Of a stretch of 64,000 bases of DNA, positions 13,023 through 27,148 are shown piece by piece. Source of the stretch: Antedon mediterranea. Taxonomy: Eukaryota; Animalia; Echinodermata. Under the pieces are notes generated by a model. The model did no database searches and was not told where the DNA came from. It saw only the letters and a list, made by a program, of their open reading frames with translations. The translations under genes and the position numbers were made by a program. The DNA lies in NCBI RefSeq assembly GCF_964355755.1, contig NC_092674.1:20646001-20710000 (forward strand), given 5' to 3'. Each line of letters opens with the position of its first letter. Position 1 is the first letter of the stretch.

Positions 13023-15647
13023 ACTTTTTTCTCATTCTCACAGATTTCCTCATCATGTATCGTTTCAAATTAATTAATTAAATTTCAGTATATCACTGGG
13101 CGGTTGAGAATTAATGTTTGCCTGTTGTTAATTAGGCAATGAACATTAATTCAAAACCGAATCTTCAGTATTTTTATTCACGAGGCGGGATCTCCGAAGA
13201 GATACTTTTATATATATAAACAAATTAGGCAATGAACATTAATTCTATATATAATTATATATAAATAATAATGTATGATTACTCTTTGTTTATTCATAAA
13301 ATTATTAATATTTTTTCTTTTTTCTTTTATATTTAGTAGCAACAAATAAACCTTATAATACAAAAAAATGACAGTGATAGTTTCAACAAAGTATTAATAA
13401 ATAAGTCGCAAATGGTTTACTGTGTTCAGTGGTATATAAACGTATGTGAACACAGATATTTTGTTACTTAGTGTATAAAGAATATATTAAAACATTGTTC
13501 ATCTTTGCACCCATCCTCTTCCTCATCCCTCAACCATAATGTTACATACAAAACAAAACAATTTGGACTTACTGTGTGACTTCTTTCGGAAGTAATTCCA
13601 CAGTCTGCTAATTTTAGTTTGACTAAATAAATCACCGTGTCTATTTATGCGTGTAAACGACAATGTGTTATAGTCCTGCGGTACGTCGACTTTACTGTGT
13701 ATTCGAGAACCATTTGTGGACACGACCTAGATGATGGTACGCGAAATAAAGATTTGATTTTTATTAGTTTGCAGTATAAATATTTTTATTATTATTCTTC
13801 ACACGCGCGGTACGAAAATAAAGAACCCAGAAATTACTTCTACCGCGTACGGTTGAAAATCTACCAATCTACCGATGAAATTAGACATTTTGTTTTAAAA
13901 CCCTTTATAATATCTTCCTATGGAATAATATCGTAACAGTGAGAACTAGTGTTATCAAATATACGTTTCACGATACATCTGAAGAAGATGAGGTAGGTAT
14001 CCAAGGTGGACATTTTGTCCCAAAATTTTCCATTGTGCTCGCCTTTGTCAAAATTAAGCATAATTTATTTAAAGATGCCAACCCTGGCTCCAGCTTCAAT
14101 ATACTTATTAAGAAAAGTTGCAGCTACCAGCCTAGTAAACCATAGTGGTACTTTTGACCTTTAAGGGTAATAGAGGGTTATATTATTATTATTAAGTATT
14201 ATTACCGAGATATATCGATGTTATTGTTCTTAATAATCATGACGTTATTTTGTTGCATTTAAGAAAAATAATTATTTATTATTATTATCGAGATACATCG
14301 ATGTTATTGTTTTTAATAATCATGACGTTATTTTGTTGGATTTAAGAAAAATAGTTATGTTTAATCTGCCAGCATAAATGGTTATTTTATAGTTCTAGAA
14401 TGATCGCTTTCTAATTTCTTTTGTTTTATGTAAGATTGAAAATGAATATTATCTGTCACATCGTCGATAGTTATCTTCCTAGTGTATAATTCATAGTTTT
14501 ATAAGCTTATACTATGCTAAATAATTAAAACAAGGAAATGTTTCTTCAGGGTTGATTCAATCAAAATTGGTCAACATTATAATTCACGGGGTGTTGAAAG
14601 CTTAGGGTAAAATGCCACATAATTCATTCTTCTGGTTTATGTTTTCTGAAAATAGTATCTCTAGTTTTTTCTTCTTGCAAACGGCAGCTAATACAATGTT
14701 GTCCTTTGGTTTGCACATGTGTTCATGGAATTATGTTCAAAGATCAGGAAGTTGGTGGGGTAGTAATTAATAATATAGGCCTACACTAAGTTTTCTTAGA
14801 TTAATAGGTCCTTGACGATGTAACATAATCAGCAGCAAATACTTGAATTTGTGGGTCAATGGGTTCGGTTGCGACTAACCTGCCTACTCAGGTGCATATC
14901 TCAGGCATTACGTTATATTCCACGGAAAATGGCAATACATGTATCAGTTAATACACCTTTTTGATTTGAAGTTGTGCATGGATTTCTATGTTTGATAATG
15001 TATTTTTTGCACACATGGTGGTGGAACGCTTATAATAATTATAATAGTTGCCTATTAAGTGGCACACAGCTTAATAATTATCCTTTATTTTCTAAAGACT
15101 AATTTTTAAATTGTTGGATCTTTGTTGATAAGTGGTTTGTAATTACGATGTGATAGCATACATTCCAACATTTTAATTTAACCCAGAAACCTGCGGAATG
15201 TTAAATAATTGTAGGCCTATATTGATCATTTGAGTAAAAATCTATACATGTTCAACAATTAGACTGATTTTAATTTGTGCGTGTTTAAAACTTATGGTCA
15301 AAGGTCACAACATTTTTCTGAATGGTTCTATCTGACAATAGAATTTCTGTTTAGTGCCAATGCCAGTGTGTTACATTGACTTATATTATTCCTAATCTGT
15401 TTATACTATAGCTAAGTACGTAGCAATGTAAGTACATAGAAATGTAAGAGCATGACAATGAGTTATTCGTTATCCTTCTTTAATTCTTCAAGTCTGTAGG
15501 GTTACCAATGTTCTTATATGTATTTAATAATTTTCATAAAGAGTTGCTACGCCATTACTCTTGCCTTATTTCCACTACCCTGATTTGAGTACTCTTTTTT
15601 TTATTCTTGCCTTAACAATGTAAGTAAATGAATGATTATATTATTAT

Positions 15648-18600
15648 TTATCCTTCTACTATATTTCCTTTACCCAATACCAATGGTGTACTTGTTCTGT
15701 AACCTCTAACGGATGGTTGAGTTAACGGTGAAATGTTCGTATGGTTATTTTCTTCTTTATCTTCTGGTAGAGAAACTGTCAATATTTGAAAGAATCTAGT
15801 CACAAAACCTGTACAAATAAATAAATTGATTTAATGTTAAGAACGCACTTTTAATTGCTGAATATTTTCTATTTTCTTTCTTTCGAAATGTTTGTCTTTT
15901 TAATCTCTTTCAAAATACATTTTGTATCTTGGTCAGAATATAAACATTTATGTGAAGTTGTGCAGCAAACTTTGTTTATGTCGTCAAAACGGAAAGATAT
16001 ATTTTTCAATGAAAAGTATACTTGTGCGTAAAGCTAGGACAGTGTGTAGGTTTTATTGCAATTGACTTTTCTTCTTCATAACTTATTTGCACATTATTTC
16101 TTAATTTATCCATACGCTAATAAATTGGTAAGTTATTGCAAATTGATATAATAACATTTTATTTCGTCATGCAAATTTTCTAACAATAGGCTATATCATT
16201 GCAAATTTGTAAACAAATATTCCTATTTTGAATCTATTAAAGCACCTCGGGGTGAATAGTTACCAACCATTTTTCAACTCATTATGGAAGTCAATAAGTT
16301 GAAATATGCTAAATATACAAAACATGTAAAAATGATCGTACCAGATATCTTTCCGGCGACTGCCAATTTTGTTTTCGGATACACGCCCAATAGATAAGCG
16401 GGAATAACAGTTATGGTGAGAGCTAAGCCTACCAATGCATCCATGGGAGCAGATACAGCAGCCAATACAATGCCACCAACAAACGTAACTAATGATATTA
16501 TTGGAAATGCGATAGGAACCTGCAAGAAAGTGAATGTAATTGTTTTTAATATTAAAATTATAACTTTTATATCAATGATACAATATCTCTCTCCTTTAGA
16601 TTGAACATTTTTTAACCTAATAATTATACAAAAATGCGTAGAATTACAAAAAAGTAGGACTATTAAATACACAAGCATTTCAATAATGCACACGGCGAAT
16701 ATCAAAATATTCCAATCACGTGGTTGTACATGCGAATATTATAATATTTAATTTTATTCTATTTTATGGGTTACAGTAAATATCAGCCAATATTCATTTC
16801 CGTTTTTTTTTAAACTCGGCTACATAGCCGACGGCGGCTCATTCAATTCAAACGGCTAGAGCACAACTAGCATACACGGCCGTGGTTGTGATAATTGGAA
16901 TTTTTTCTTGGATCCGCATACATTTTCGCGTGCGCGTTTGGTTGTGCTAATGCATATAAAACTATAAAATTATTTTAATATAAAAATTTACGCCATGTAC
17001 TTAGTGCTAAAAACACAAAATTATAACGAGAAAAATTCATATATTTTTGTACGTACCTTGAATGGTTTATTGATATCTGGTCTGCACCATCTCAAGACAA
17101 ATATTGTCGATAATGCCAATCCATCACAACAAGTAGTAACAAACCCAACATATGTGATTAATGTCCAGATATCAAAGAACAGATAAGCCAGTATTAAAAT
17201 ACACTGTAAATAATAGCATAATAGATATACTACATTGTATAACATTACCATCATCATTACCAGTAAACAGATGCTGTTAGCCATGATTATACTAGAAATT
17301 ATTTCTAGTCTTAAATCTCCAAACAGAGCAACAACTTCGGCGATAAATATTCAACTTTTTTTATATTCATTAGCGTAATGTATGTATTTGTTTTTTTAAA
17401 ATAATGATTATATCGTGTATGCTAGCCGTTTCGACAACAGTTACAGTATCAACAGACGAGGTGAGACAACTTTAAATGACAATGTAATATTTTTTAGGCA
17501 TATACCTTTTCAACGTATTGTAATAATAATATTGTAATAATAATTAAAAGTAACCGTATTTTGTTTCTACATACACATATTATGATAGATCCAATTGGTG
17601 TCTTGTACTTAATACTGACCAGCGCAATTGATTCTGGAAACAGTCCGTCTCGAGCAGTTGCGTAAAACGATCTGAAATGAATAAAGTAAGCCATACCACA
17701 CAGCATATCTTTACACCAACAATACAATGCGTCTTATTATTTACTGGTCTCTCTAAATTAATTGAAATGTAATTTAAAGCTTTTTGGTATTTTGATACAC
17801 ACGGACAACACTGTGTACATCTTTGTTTTTGTGTAGTGTTTAAAGTTATTTTACCAAATTACATGTAGAATAATGTCACGTTGCCGTGATCATCAAAATG
17901 AACAAAGATACATGAAAATGTGTCAATTTTACAGATTAAAAAGGATCACCTTGTTATTGATCCGTATCATCATTACCTTGGTGTTGACAGGAATCCGGTC
18001 ATCGGTATCGAGGACAGTGAGACTAAAATAGGTATTATCCAGCGGAAAGAACTGGGTGTCTTTTCTGAAAATGTCTGAAAGATTTAAAACCAATTAATTA
18101 AGCTGGGCGCAAGTGACATAAGTTGTGTATTTATTGTACTAGTCTATTCTTACTTTCCCTTTTGTTTTCACTATTTCAACATTTTGTTTGTTTTAGGAAG
18201 CAATTGTGTGAAGCCAGTGGAGTAGAGTATTGGTGTTTCAGAGAAGGATTGTGTGGAGTTTGCTGATTGGAGGAGAGGTATAAGAGTTCAGTTAGGGTGT
18301 GAGTTGCTGATTGGTGGAGAAGGCTAAGGTTGTGGTATCTATATATAAATTTACGTAAGGGCAAAATTCGGTAAATCGCGCGTTATTTCTAGAATGTTTA
18401 CTCGATGGTATATAAAGTTGGTTAGAATCTCGGTACTGATTTTAACCACCAGATGTAACCCTGTTTACTAATTAAATTGAGTTAGATAATTAGTTATTGA
18501 CAATTAAAACGAATTTAGGTTCAACGATTTGCCCCAAATAGGGGTGTTTTTCGATCGTGGTATACACTGTCTAATGGATGTCCGTCTTTAAAAATACCCG

Positions 18601-21600
18601 AAGACAATAATACGAGGATGCTTCGCATTTTCCTATCTCCTCCTACGATAATTGTTTTTAATGGCTAAAAACCGGTTGAACAGCTCGAGTACAGCATCAT
18701 AATGTTGAAGACAGGCCTATTTTCTTTAAAAAATACTATTTTGATAGATTTAATATACGTTTATATAAATGTATTGATTTGCGATGAATGGAACATTCCA
18801 ATCTCTGTACGTTCCACAAGTGTCTATTCCCTCAGGCGTCGTAGAGGCAAGTACTGTATACTCATAACAGAAATTCGATCCATTTTTTTCCCAATATAAT
18901 TTTTTTAAACGGATAATGAGCTAGCGTTTTCAGTCGCCGTATATTATGTACAAATCTTTATTATTGCATTTAAACCACCCACATCATCACCCTTCCCTCA
19001 CTGCCATGAGTAGAGTTGTAAAGCCAGTAGAGGATAAGCCTATACGGTGCATCACATGCCCTAAACGCAGAACAACTTTGGTGGGTAGGGTAGGAACCAA
19101 CTTAATTATGAATTGGCTCTAAGAAACAATTGAAAACCATTAGGCCTACTAATTAAGTTGAGTTAGATAATTTAATATTATTGACGATTAAATCGAACTT
19201 ATGATTTTCCCCGAATAGAGGTGGTTTTCACAAATTGTTTAACATTATATATAAACATACGTCGTAGTGTATCGTTACATGTACTGTACTATTTCAATCG
19301 ACTACGACGGTGATAGTTTCAACAAAGGATTACATCGCAATGTTTTACTGTGTTTAGTGGTATATTATTTGTAAAACATGAAAACAATTAATATTTCGTT
19401 ACAAAATAAAGAATATATTTAAAAATTGTTCCTCTTTGCACCCATCCTCTTCCCCATCCCTCAACCATAATGTTACATACAAAACACAAAATAAGTTAGT
19501 TTAAATCTAACTTTTAAAACAATTGGTCTCATTGTGTGACAAGTTTCTCTTTCGGAAGTAATTCCCAGGGTGCTAATTTTAGTTGAGTACATAAATCACA
19601 GTGTCTATTTATTCGTTCCTGTAAACGACATGTATTATTGTCCTGCATTATTGTACATTTGAAGTCGCCAGTTTTTTAACGCTGAAATCATTATGTATTC
19701 GAGAACCATCTATGGGCCCGACCTAGATGGTACGCGAGCGAAGCGAGCGTACCATCTAGTGTGGATAATTGAGGGAATTTGGAAAAGAGATAAAAAATGA
19801 AAGGAGACAGAGAATGAGGGCTATGTTATGTTAAGCAAGAAAGGGATAGGTGAATATGAGAAACTAAGACGTACAGGAGAAGAAGTAATTGAGTTATGGT
19901 GATATAGAGCTGAAGCAGAAAGGAAATAAAGTGATATACATGAAGTTAATAAATTGTGAGTTGAACATAATACTATAAGGCTGTCCTTAAATGTATTGAG
20001 AACTTTTACTTGGGGAGATTACTGAAGATCAATTAAAAGTGTATAGAAATTGAAGAAAGAAATAACTGTTGGAAATAGCAGAATTAGTTGCATTTAAAGA
20101 ATTGTTGAAAGTATTGAAGAGTAACTTGATTGATACTGATATTATTTTACGTGGAAAAGAAGATAGAAATTATTGGTCGTGGAGCGGATTGCGGTACAGA
20201 ACGACATCAAGAAACATTTTAACTTTATAAATTAATTTATTTATATGTCAGAAAATAGTTGCAGTTTGGGAAGAATTCTAATTGGTAATACCAGCAGAAC
20301 AGGGACAGAGGTGTGGGAGTTGTTTAGTTGCAGAATCGTTATAACTGTTATCTTTCTAATTTGTTTTGTGTCAGCATCAAGACAAGAAGTAACGACTTTG
20401 TGAACCTTTATTATTTGTTTAATTATTCATCTTTGGATAGTATTGTATTTGAAAGGGGGGTTTCTGGAATTTATTTGACAATATTTTGTCTGGAAGGATT
20501 GGGAAATTTTGGGAATTGTATATTGTGTTGGGAATAAGGATACTGTAAAGGGCGATCATTGTTTGAGAATTGGTTGGGTTTTTTTTTGCAGGTTTAATTT
20601 TTTTTGGGGGGGGGGGTGGGGGGGGGGGGTGATTGTAAAGGAAAGAATTGTTTTGTCAAAGATTATTATTAAATTTACTTTTTACATTATTGTGAGTTGT
20701 ACCGTTGTGGCTATTTACTGTTGTTCACCGGTTGTTCACATAAATTACATGTCCGAAAGAGCCGTAGTTGCGGCTGTGTGACAACGTACTTTACGTGATG
20801 CCTACGATTTTGTTAAAAGATAATTATATACAGTCTAATGGTTCAAAAATAATTGCAACTGTGATGCATTTAAAACATGTGGAACATGGAATTGTCATAA
20901 GAAGAATATAGTGAACATTTAGATAGAAACAAAATATAATTACCACAGCCACAGCATTTGAAGCAAGCATCTCATTGGGAGTAAGAACAGCAAAATAGGC
21001 AAGGTTTGCCAATATGTAAAGACAGATTACAGCAGCAATCGAAATTATGGTAGCTTTTGGAAAATCCCTGAAATAAGTAAAATTGACTGAAAATTATTAT
21101 AGTTACGCCGTAATTAACACACTTGATACTTAACTCAGTCACAGTACCATTATTTTTCGCATGGCCAAACTAACACACTTTTTTTTCAAAGTTTCCAAAT
21201 AGTTATAAATCATGGATTTGTTTCTAATCCGGAAATAGTTGACATGTGGGTGTTGGTGTGTGTATTATATTAAAAATAATATATAGAGGCATAATCAAGG
21301 AATAATACTCGACAAATAAGTTCAGTCGCTAGAAAGTAGAAAGGTTTATCCTGCACTAAAAATTATTTTGCTTTTTTGGTCTAAATTAGTTTTCGCTCAA
21401 CAAAAATGTTATTGTTTTATGCCAAAAACTAAGCAAAATAACAGATATTTAAAGTTAGCCATGAGATTTTTTTTTCGTATGCAAGAAGATTTTTTTTTTT
21501 TTTGTAAAAAATGCTTAAAAATACTATCTACTCTAGTAGCTAGATCAACTTTCGTATGCACTTTGAGGTCCAGAGAATTTGACTTCAGAAATTGGTTTAG

Positions 21601-21903
21601 GATGGTCAAACAATCATTATTCGCTTGGTTACACATTTTGAAAATGTGGCGAAAGGTCAAAAGGTCAGGATAAAAGGTTATCAAACTAAACCCCAATAGG
21701 TCCTTAAATCTCGACAACCACTGGTCACAGTGAGGTAATTTTGATCTCAAATTGATCAGAAGGTACCACCCTAAACCAATTTCTGAAGTCAAATTCTCTG
21801 GACCTCAAAGTGCATACGAAAGTTGAACTAGCTACTAGAGTAATCACAGGGTTGTTTATTAGACGTCAATTAAATACCACGTGAAACCACAATCGTCCAA
21901 TCA

Positions 21904-21936
<33 letters not shown>

Positions 21937-24238
21937 CAAACATGGGTCTAGTTTTTTTTTATTTAACTTGTTTAAAAAAACTTTGTTTAATGACGGTGGC
22001 TCATAGCGGCTAATGCTGACATGCATCAAGCCCTCAACACAACGGAAACGATACAAACACGAAAAATGAATGATACAAACGGAAAACAAACACAATTGTG
22101 TAATTATAATGAACATTTTGTTTTGTTTTGATTAGTGAACACTAATTTGCTTAACACGCTTGAATACACCACACCAAGGGTCTTAAAACGATCCTTGACC
22201 ATGACAACACGTGTTTGGGCATTAGTTTGGTTAGGTTAGAAAATTGGTATTAGTCGAGGAGATATGGCAAAAAGATGTTTATATACTGGTTGCACTTTGT
22301 ATAAAAAGGAATATATGGGAACTATCAATATGCATTAGTGGGCCTCCTTGTCGTGTGTTTAGCTATTTAATACCTCTTAGGATTTCTGAATTCTTCTGTC
22401 ATTGCCATCATGGTATCTCTGAAATAAAAAGAAACGTGATTAATTTTGGCCAATATCTTTCAACTAACGCCATTCGTAGGCTACGTTGTTGAAGCCATGA
22501 TTTTAACAATATAATATCTGATATAATGTATGACAATCTGAGCAGTAGCCCTTACAATGACTGATAAAATAGATGCTAATAGACGTGTATATTGAAATTG
22601 TTTTTTTAGGAGAAACCTACAGACCAAACAGGTATTTATATATACCAATACTAATATAACAAGTTAATAGTGAAAACTAAATATAGGGTAATCTGAGTCT
22701 TACCCTCCTCCAAATGACCAAATTGCAGCGTAGTATGCCAAGCCAAGTTTATTCCAATTAATATTTTCAAAGGAATTTTCAAAATTTCCACTTCGGTCAC
22801 CTGAATTTTAAAAAAAGTACAGTTAAAAAGAATGGCCTATAGTTTTTGATAATATAAAAACAAAAAATGATGACAAATCAGCGTACATAAAGCTCTGTCT
22901 ACATGATCAAACTTTATGTGAAAATACGATGTGCTCATCATGACCATATTTGACCATATCACACTTTTCCGTATTTGCATTGGGTCAGTTTGTCTCACAA
23001 GTAAGCACAATAGATATAGATGAATTAAAACTAAGAACAATATACAAACATTGAATGTTTTAGTTATGAATACAATGGTACAAATAATTTTATTAAAAGG
23101 TTAAATTATTTGTTCAATTGCATGACTATATAGAACATTTATTCATACATACATTCTTTAAATGATAGCCTAGGCCATGGTCTAAACCATTTTGAAGGCG
23201 CAATAGAAACAATTTTAGACGGCGCAAACTAAACGTGATCAGTCTGCCACAGCCTCACTGTTTAACAAAATGAACACGCTAAACAATAAAAAGGAAGAAC
23301 TCGCATAAACGAACCACAATCCTCCAATCAAATGACAAGAATCTACTTGTAGTGCGTTATAATAATTACAATACTTACCGTTAATAAATAAGTATACCAA
23401 ACCAGTGACGATGATGATAGCCAGCGCTAGAATCTTTGCCGCCATTAGGAAGTTAACTGTTCCTTTAGATACGCGGACACTCGTTGCATTCATAAAACCA
23501 CACAGCACTGCATACAAATAATAAAAATATTAAAGGCACTATCTATTACTTTATTCCTTGTCTTAGATGTACGCTCATGTTTAATTATATTATACATTTA
23601 TATTGCATTAAGGATCAGTTGTGGGTTAAGTATACAGCTTGGTTCTCAAATGGAAACAATGCAAGGTAATATCATGAATCATGATATATCGTCCGAACTG
23701 TCACTTAATTCAGTCGTCTCTAACTGCTGGAGCGCTGTCTGTGCATCGTCGCATTGCGTACAAATGGGAACCGAGCTGAAGAAAACAAAACAGAATAAAA
23801 CTTACTTGTTATTAATAGAGATACCAATTTTAAACAAATTTGTGGAACTTCACAATTTTGAAAAAATGGCACCAAGATATATTCAGAGAAAGTGAGAGTT
23901 CGAATTACCATTGATGCCGGATACTTTACACAAAAGAAGAGCCATTGGAATGTAAATGCTGGAAAGTCACCATAGATTTCATGAACGTAATGGTACTGAC
24001 CGCCAAACTTGGGCATCGCCAATGCTAACTCCACCCAACATAAAGAAGAAAAGATTTCAATTATTCCGCAGAATATCCATACAAAGAAAGAAAGTCCAAC
24101 CGATCCAACATTTTGGAATACTCCTTTAGGCGAGATAAATATTCCTGAGCCTATAATTGATGATACCGTTATTGATACAGCATCCAACAGACTGAGTTGA
24201 GGTAGGATGCGATGTTTCTCAGATTGGATATTTTCCAT
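15648..24238 (-). CDS. SLC7/LAT-family amino acid transporter light chain, copy C, complete, ~502 aa (33-aa C-terminal extension)
   Basis: Exons 23806-24238, 23379-23507, 22704-22800, 22374-22418, 20944-21067, 17977-18074, 17575-17671, 17057-17203, 16342-16519, 15648-15808. All GT-AG and the same sizes as copy B except the last. Confidence 0.9.
18340..18805 (+). mobile_element. (TA)n-anchored interspersed repeat; copies at ~46190-46660 (-) and ~48440-48890 (+)
   Basis: All three copies share the terminus tctatatata|aatttacgtaagggcaaaattcggtaaatcgcgcg and high internal identity. Confidence 0.8.
19258..19760 (+). mobile_element. Non-autonomous Helitron/Helentron-like repeat; related copies at ~13368-13742 (+), ~45675-45960 (-) and fragment ~3030-3100 (-)
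   Basis: Terminal hairpin CTAGATGGTACGC-n11-GCGTACCATCTAG (19723-19759) ending CTAG|T. Body shared among copies. Confidence 0.6.
21531..21840. mobile_element. MITE with ~70-bp TIRs and TA target duplication (Tc1/mariner-type)
   Basis: TA|CTCTAGTAGCTAG...GGTTTAGG at the left and CCTAAACC...CTAGCTACTAGAG|TA at the right. Confidence 0.85.
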
Positions 24239-26638
24239 ATTATCTATGTCGATGAACTGAGTTTCAATGCCTGGACGTACCGTACTGTATGTCCTAGTTA
24301 TAGAAACATCAGTATTCTCTTTTTCTTTAAAGGTGTTGCCAATTTCCACTCGTATTTACTGAAAATTAATTGTATTTCATTCATTTAATGTATTCATGGT
24401 CACACAAAGTAAATAGTACATGGTTTGAAATTATTTTCCTTTGTTCAAAGTTAAGCAGTTAAAAATTCACATACAAATACAAAATTGAAGTTAAATTTTA
24501 ACAAGGTTAACATGTATAAAATACAGATGAAATACATCGTTTAACATACAATATACAACAAATATAAACAGTTTTAAAAGAGTGTAAAGGCATAGCATAA
24601 TTATTGCCTCATTGCAGTAGGTAGAAACGAGTTTCTTATCATATTGGTTTTCCATCTGAAATACACTACACGTACTTACTAAAGACAAGGTAAAATACAC
24701 ACCCGATATAATGACGTTAACAATCTTCTTATAGAACTGTTAACAACACCAAGGTATTGCACAACATTTTAAATCTGATACAATTTCTGGGTTGACATTC
24801 ATCAATATTTGCTTATATATTTTGCTTAAGTAAATAACTTAAGCTTATATCAAACCATCTTAGCAAATAAATTGTCTTAGGTAAAGATGCATTTGCATGC
24901 GCAAAATTAAACTCTAGAGGGCAGGCAGCAAATTATATTTTCTTGCGTACGCTTGCGCATTAGCTTTTTTCTCTTAGCGATGACGGCGCTATAACTTTTT
25001 CTCTCCGTATTTTTACTCGCAACATTCTGGTTACTAATCCCTTACTTGAAATAGAGAAAGATAACAAAAGTACAAGTCGGAAATACATACTAAATCAATC
25101 GCTCTAAACTTAAATCAAATCAACATTTTATTTATTTGTATCAATGACAGCGACCCTTGGCGGTCGATAGAGTTTTCTAAAAGTAACTATGGTTAGTCAA
25201 ATGGGTTGAACCTATCCTGTTTTACTCGTTCAATATCTAGACCATCTTATTGAAGATCGATATCATTATTTAGAATTAAAAATGAGATAAGGCGCAATTT
25301 TTAAGAAAAATTAAGCAAATATTTTTCTTAGATATATTAATAAATAAATCTGAATTAAGCCAAATCAAGGTGAAAAGTTAAGAAGATTGTTTTGCTAATT
25401 TACCTATCGTCGTGACTAGCTACCTCTCTGCCTACGACATTATTGCATTCAAGGTTTATTTCACTTAATTAAAATACTGTGATGAAAGATGAACGTTGAC
25501 AAAAATCCCGCACCAACTTTTTGATAAGTGCTGACGAGAACCAATGTATTTCCAGCAGCCTTAGCTACAAAAAGTACCAGTTTACTACTCCCAAATAGTG
25601 CAAGTTACAGTAAAACCCCTACTAAGTATTAGTATTATGTAATCGATCTCATGTGTATGTCTGTTAGCAGGATTACTAAAAAAGTTATTGCAAGATCAAT
25701 ACCAAAATGAAAAACAGATAGATATGTGTTCAAGGACCACTCCATTAAATTTTGGAGCCAATCAGGACGACGGTCCCAATTCTGGACCACTTTTTTGTAT
25801 TATTTTCAGATAAGATAGGACAGAATTTTCAAAAACCGGTGAGCAGTCGTAAGGTAACAAGTAAACAGAAAATGCATTTTTTCGAGAACTACTTGTCCAA
25901 AAATAAAAAAATGTGTACGAGAGGCAAGAGCTTGTAATTTTCAAACATAATTTGATTTTATGTACATATTTTTTGGTACGAGTAGTAATTAAATAAAAAT
26001 CACCCGTTTGTATTTGGCGTTCTATTGTTGGTCAATTGAAACTATTGTTAGTTGAAAGGCTGGTTACATAATATTTACACCTAACTCGCATACAAATGCT
26101 TGAAGTGAAATTAGCCTAAATCTCACACAGCATTAAAACACACACAACAACAAATCTATATTATATATATATATATTTTTTTGCCCAGAGAAATATTATC
26201 TATGAGCATTTTACAGTAGGCGGAGGTATGCAATCTCGGGAGTGCCTTTCTAGTTTTATAGGCCCTAAGCAATTTTGATAAATCCGGCCTCTGATTCTTA
26301 AAACAACACCAAGATTCTATTGCATATTTCTTCATACGTCTTAAAAATAAAGCCTATATTTACACCTATTGGTAACATTATGTTGAATTTTCTTTCCAGT
26401 AAGTGTATCATCAATTATTGTACCTTTATTTATTTCAATTGGACGGGTACCTGCTAGTAAATAATAATAGTAGAATTAGAAATAAATATGATTGCAACTT
26501 CATCCTTCTTGAAAAGAAATTACATAAAACGAACGGTTAAAACAAAACCAACCCTTGCCATACAGCCCTGCCGGAAGGTAATAACATTAGAAGCCTCTTT
26601 TGACATTATATCGGCCTAAAAGTGGGCTGAATCGTCCC

Positions 26639-26794
26639 TGTAAACTATTTTAGAAATAAGACGAGTAGACCAAATGATGCTTTAATACTAATCAGTTTGC
26701 GTGTCGAGGTATCGTATGACGGCATGTCGTGACCCGTATGATAAACAACTTTAATAAACAATGAAAGTGACTTTAAGAACATCGATGTTCTACA
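26639..26794 (-). repeat. 3' LTR (156 bp)
   Basis: Matches 33024-33203 apart from a ~25-bp indel and several substitutions. Adjacent to the polypurine tract. Confidence 0.93.
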
Positions 26795-27148
26795 TCTTTC
26801 CTTCCAAGCTGGATGCATGGCTAAACTTATTATTATCATCAATTAACTTGGGTGTGACTGATAGCAGATCACACTGATTCAATATGCTTAACAGTTTCAA
26901 TAGTGTATTGGTTTAAGGCCTAATAACATTTGTTAATATGATATTGTCATTATAATATTTAAAAAACAATTACAGAAAAGTACTGTCCGCCAACGATAAA
27001 AACAAAAACAAATTTAAACAATCGTTCTTGAAGGCAATAATAGAACTTTGACCTTTGGGTGGACTATCCTAAGGTCGATCCTGGTAACAAGGGATTATTC
27101 TGCCCTTATGGCGTTACCATTCATAGTCTTTAAGGTATGCTGGCGTTT

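Larger units (their letters stand above)
11931..13413. repeat. ~1.5 kb long inverted repeat (arms ~11931-12675 and 12721-13413, 45-bp spacer)
   Basis: The arms are reverse complements, differing mainly in (TA)n length and a few substitutions. The mirrored ORFs 12272..12523(-) and 12873..13073(+) give the same peptide. Confidence 0.93.

Noticed and set aside
12272-13073. ORFs with YIYIYI runs
   Set aside because: Translations of (TA)n and tRNA-like repeat sequence within the palindrome.
14175-14355. ~80-bp local tandem duplication (similar ~150-bp case at 33670-33910)
   Set aside because: Ordinary local duplications with no further structure.
24239-24349. 37-aa N-terminal extension of copy C in the ORF track
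   Set aside because: It starts at GTG with an in-frame TAA just upstream. The ATG at 24238 gives the same 433-nt exon as copies A, B and E.
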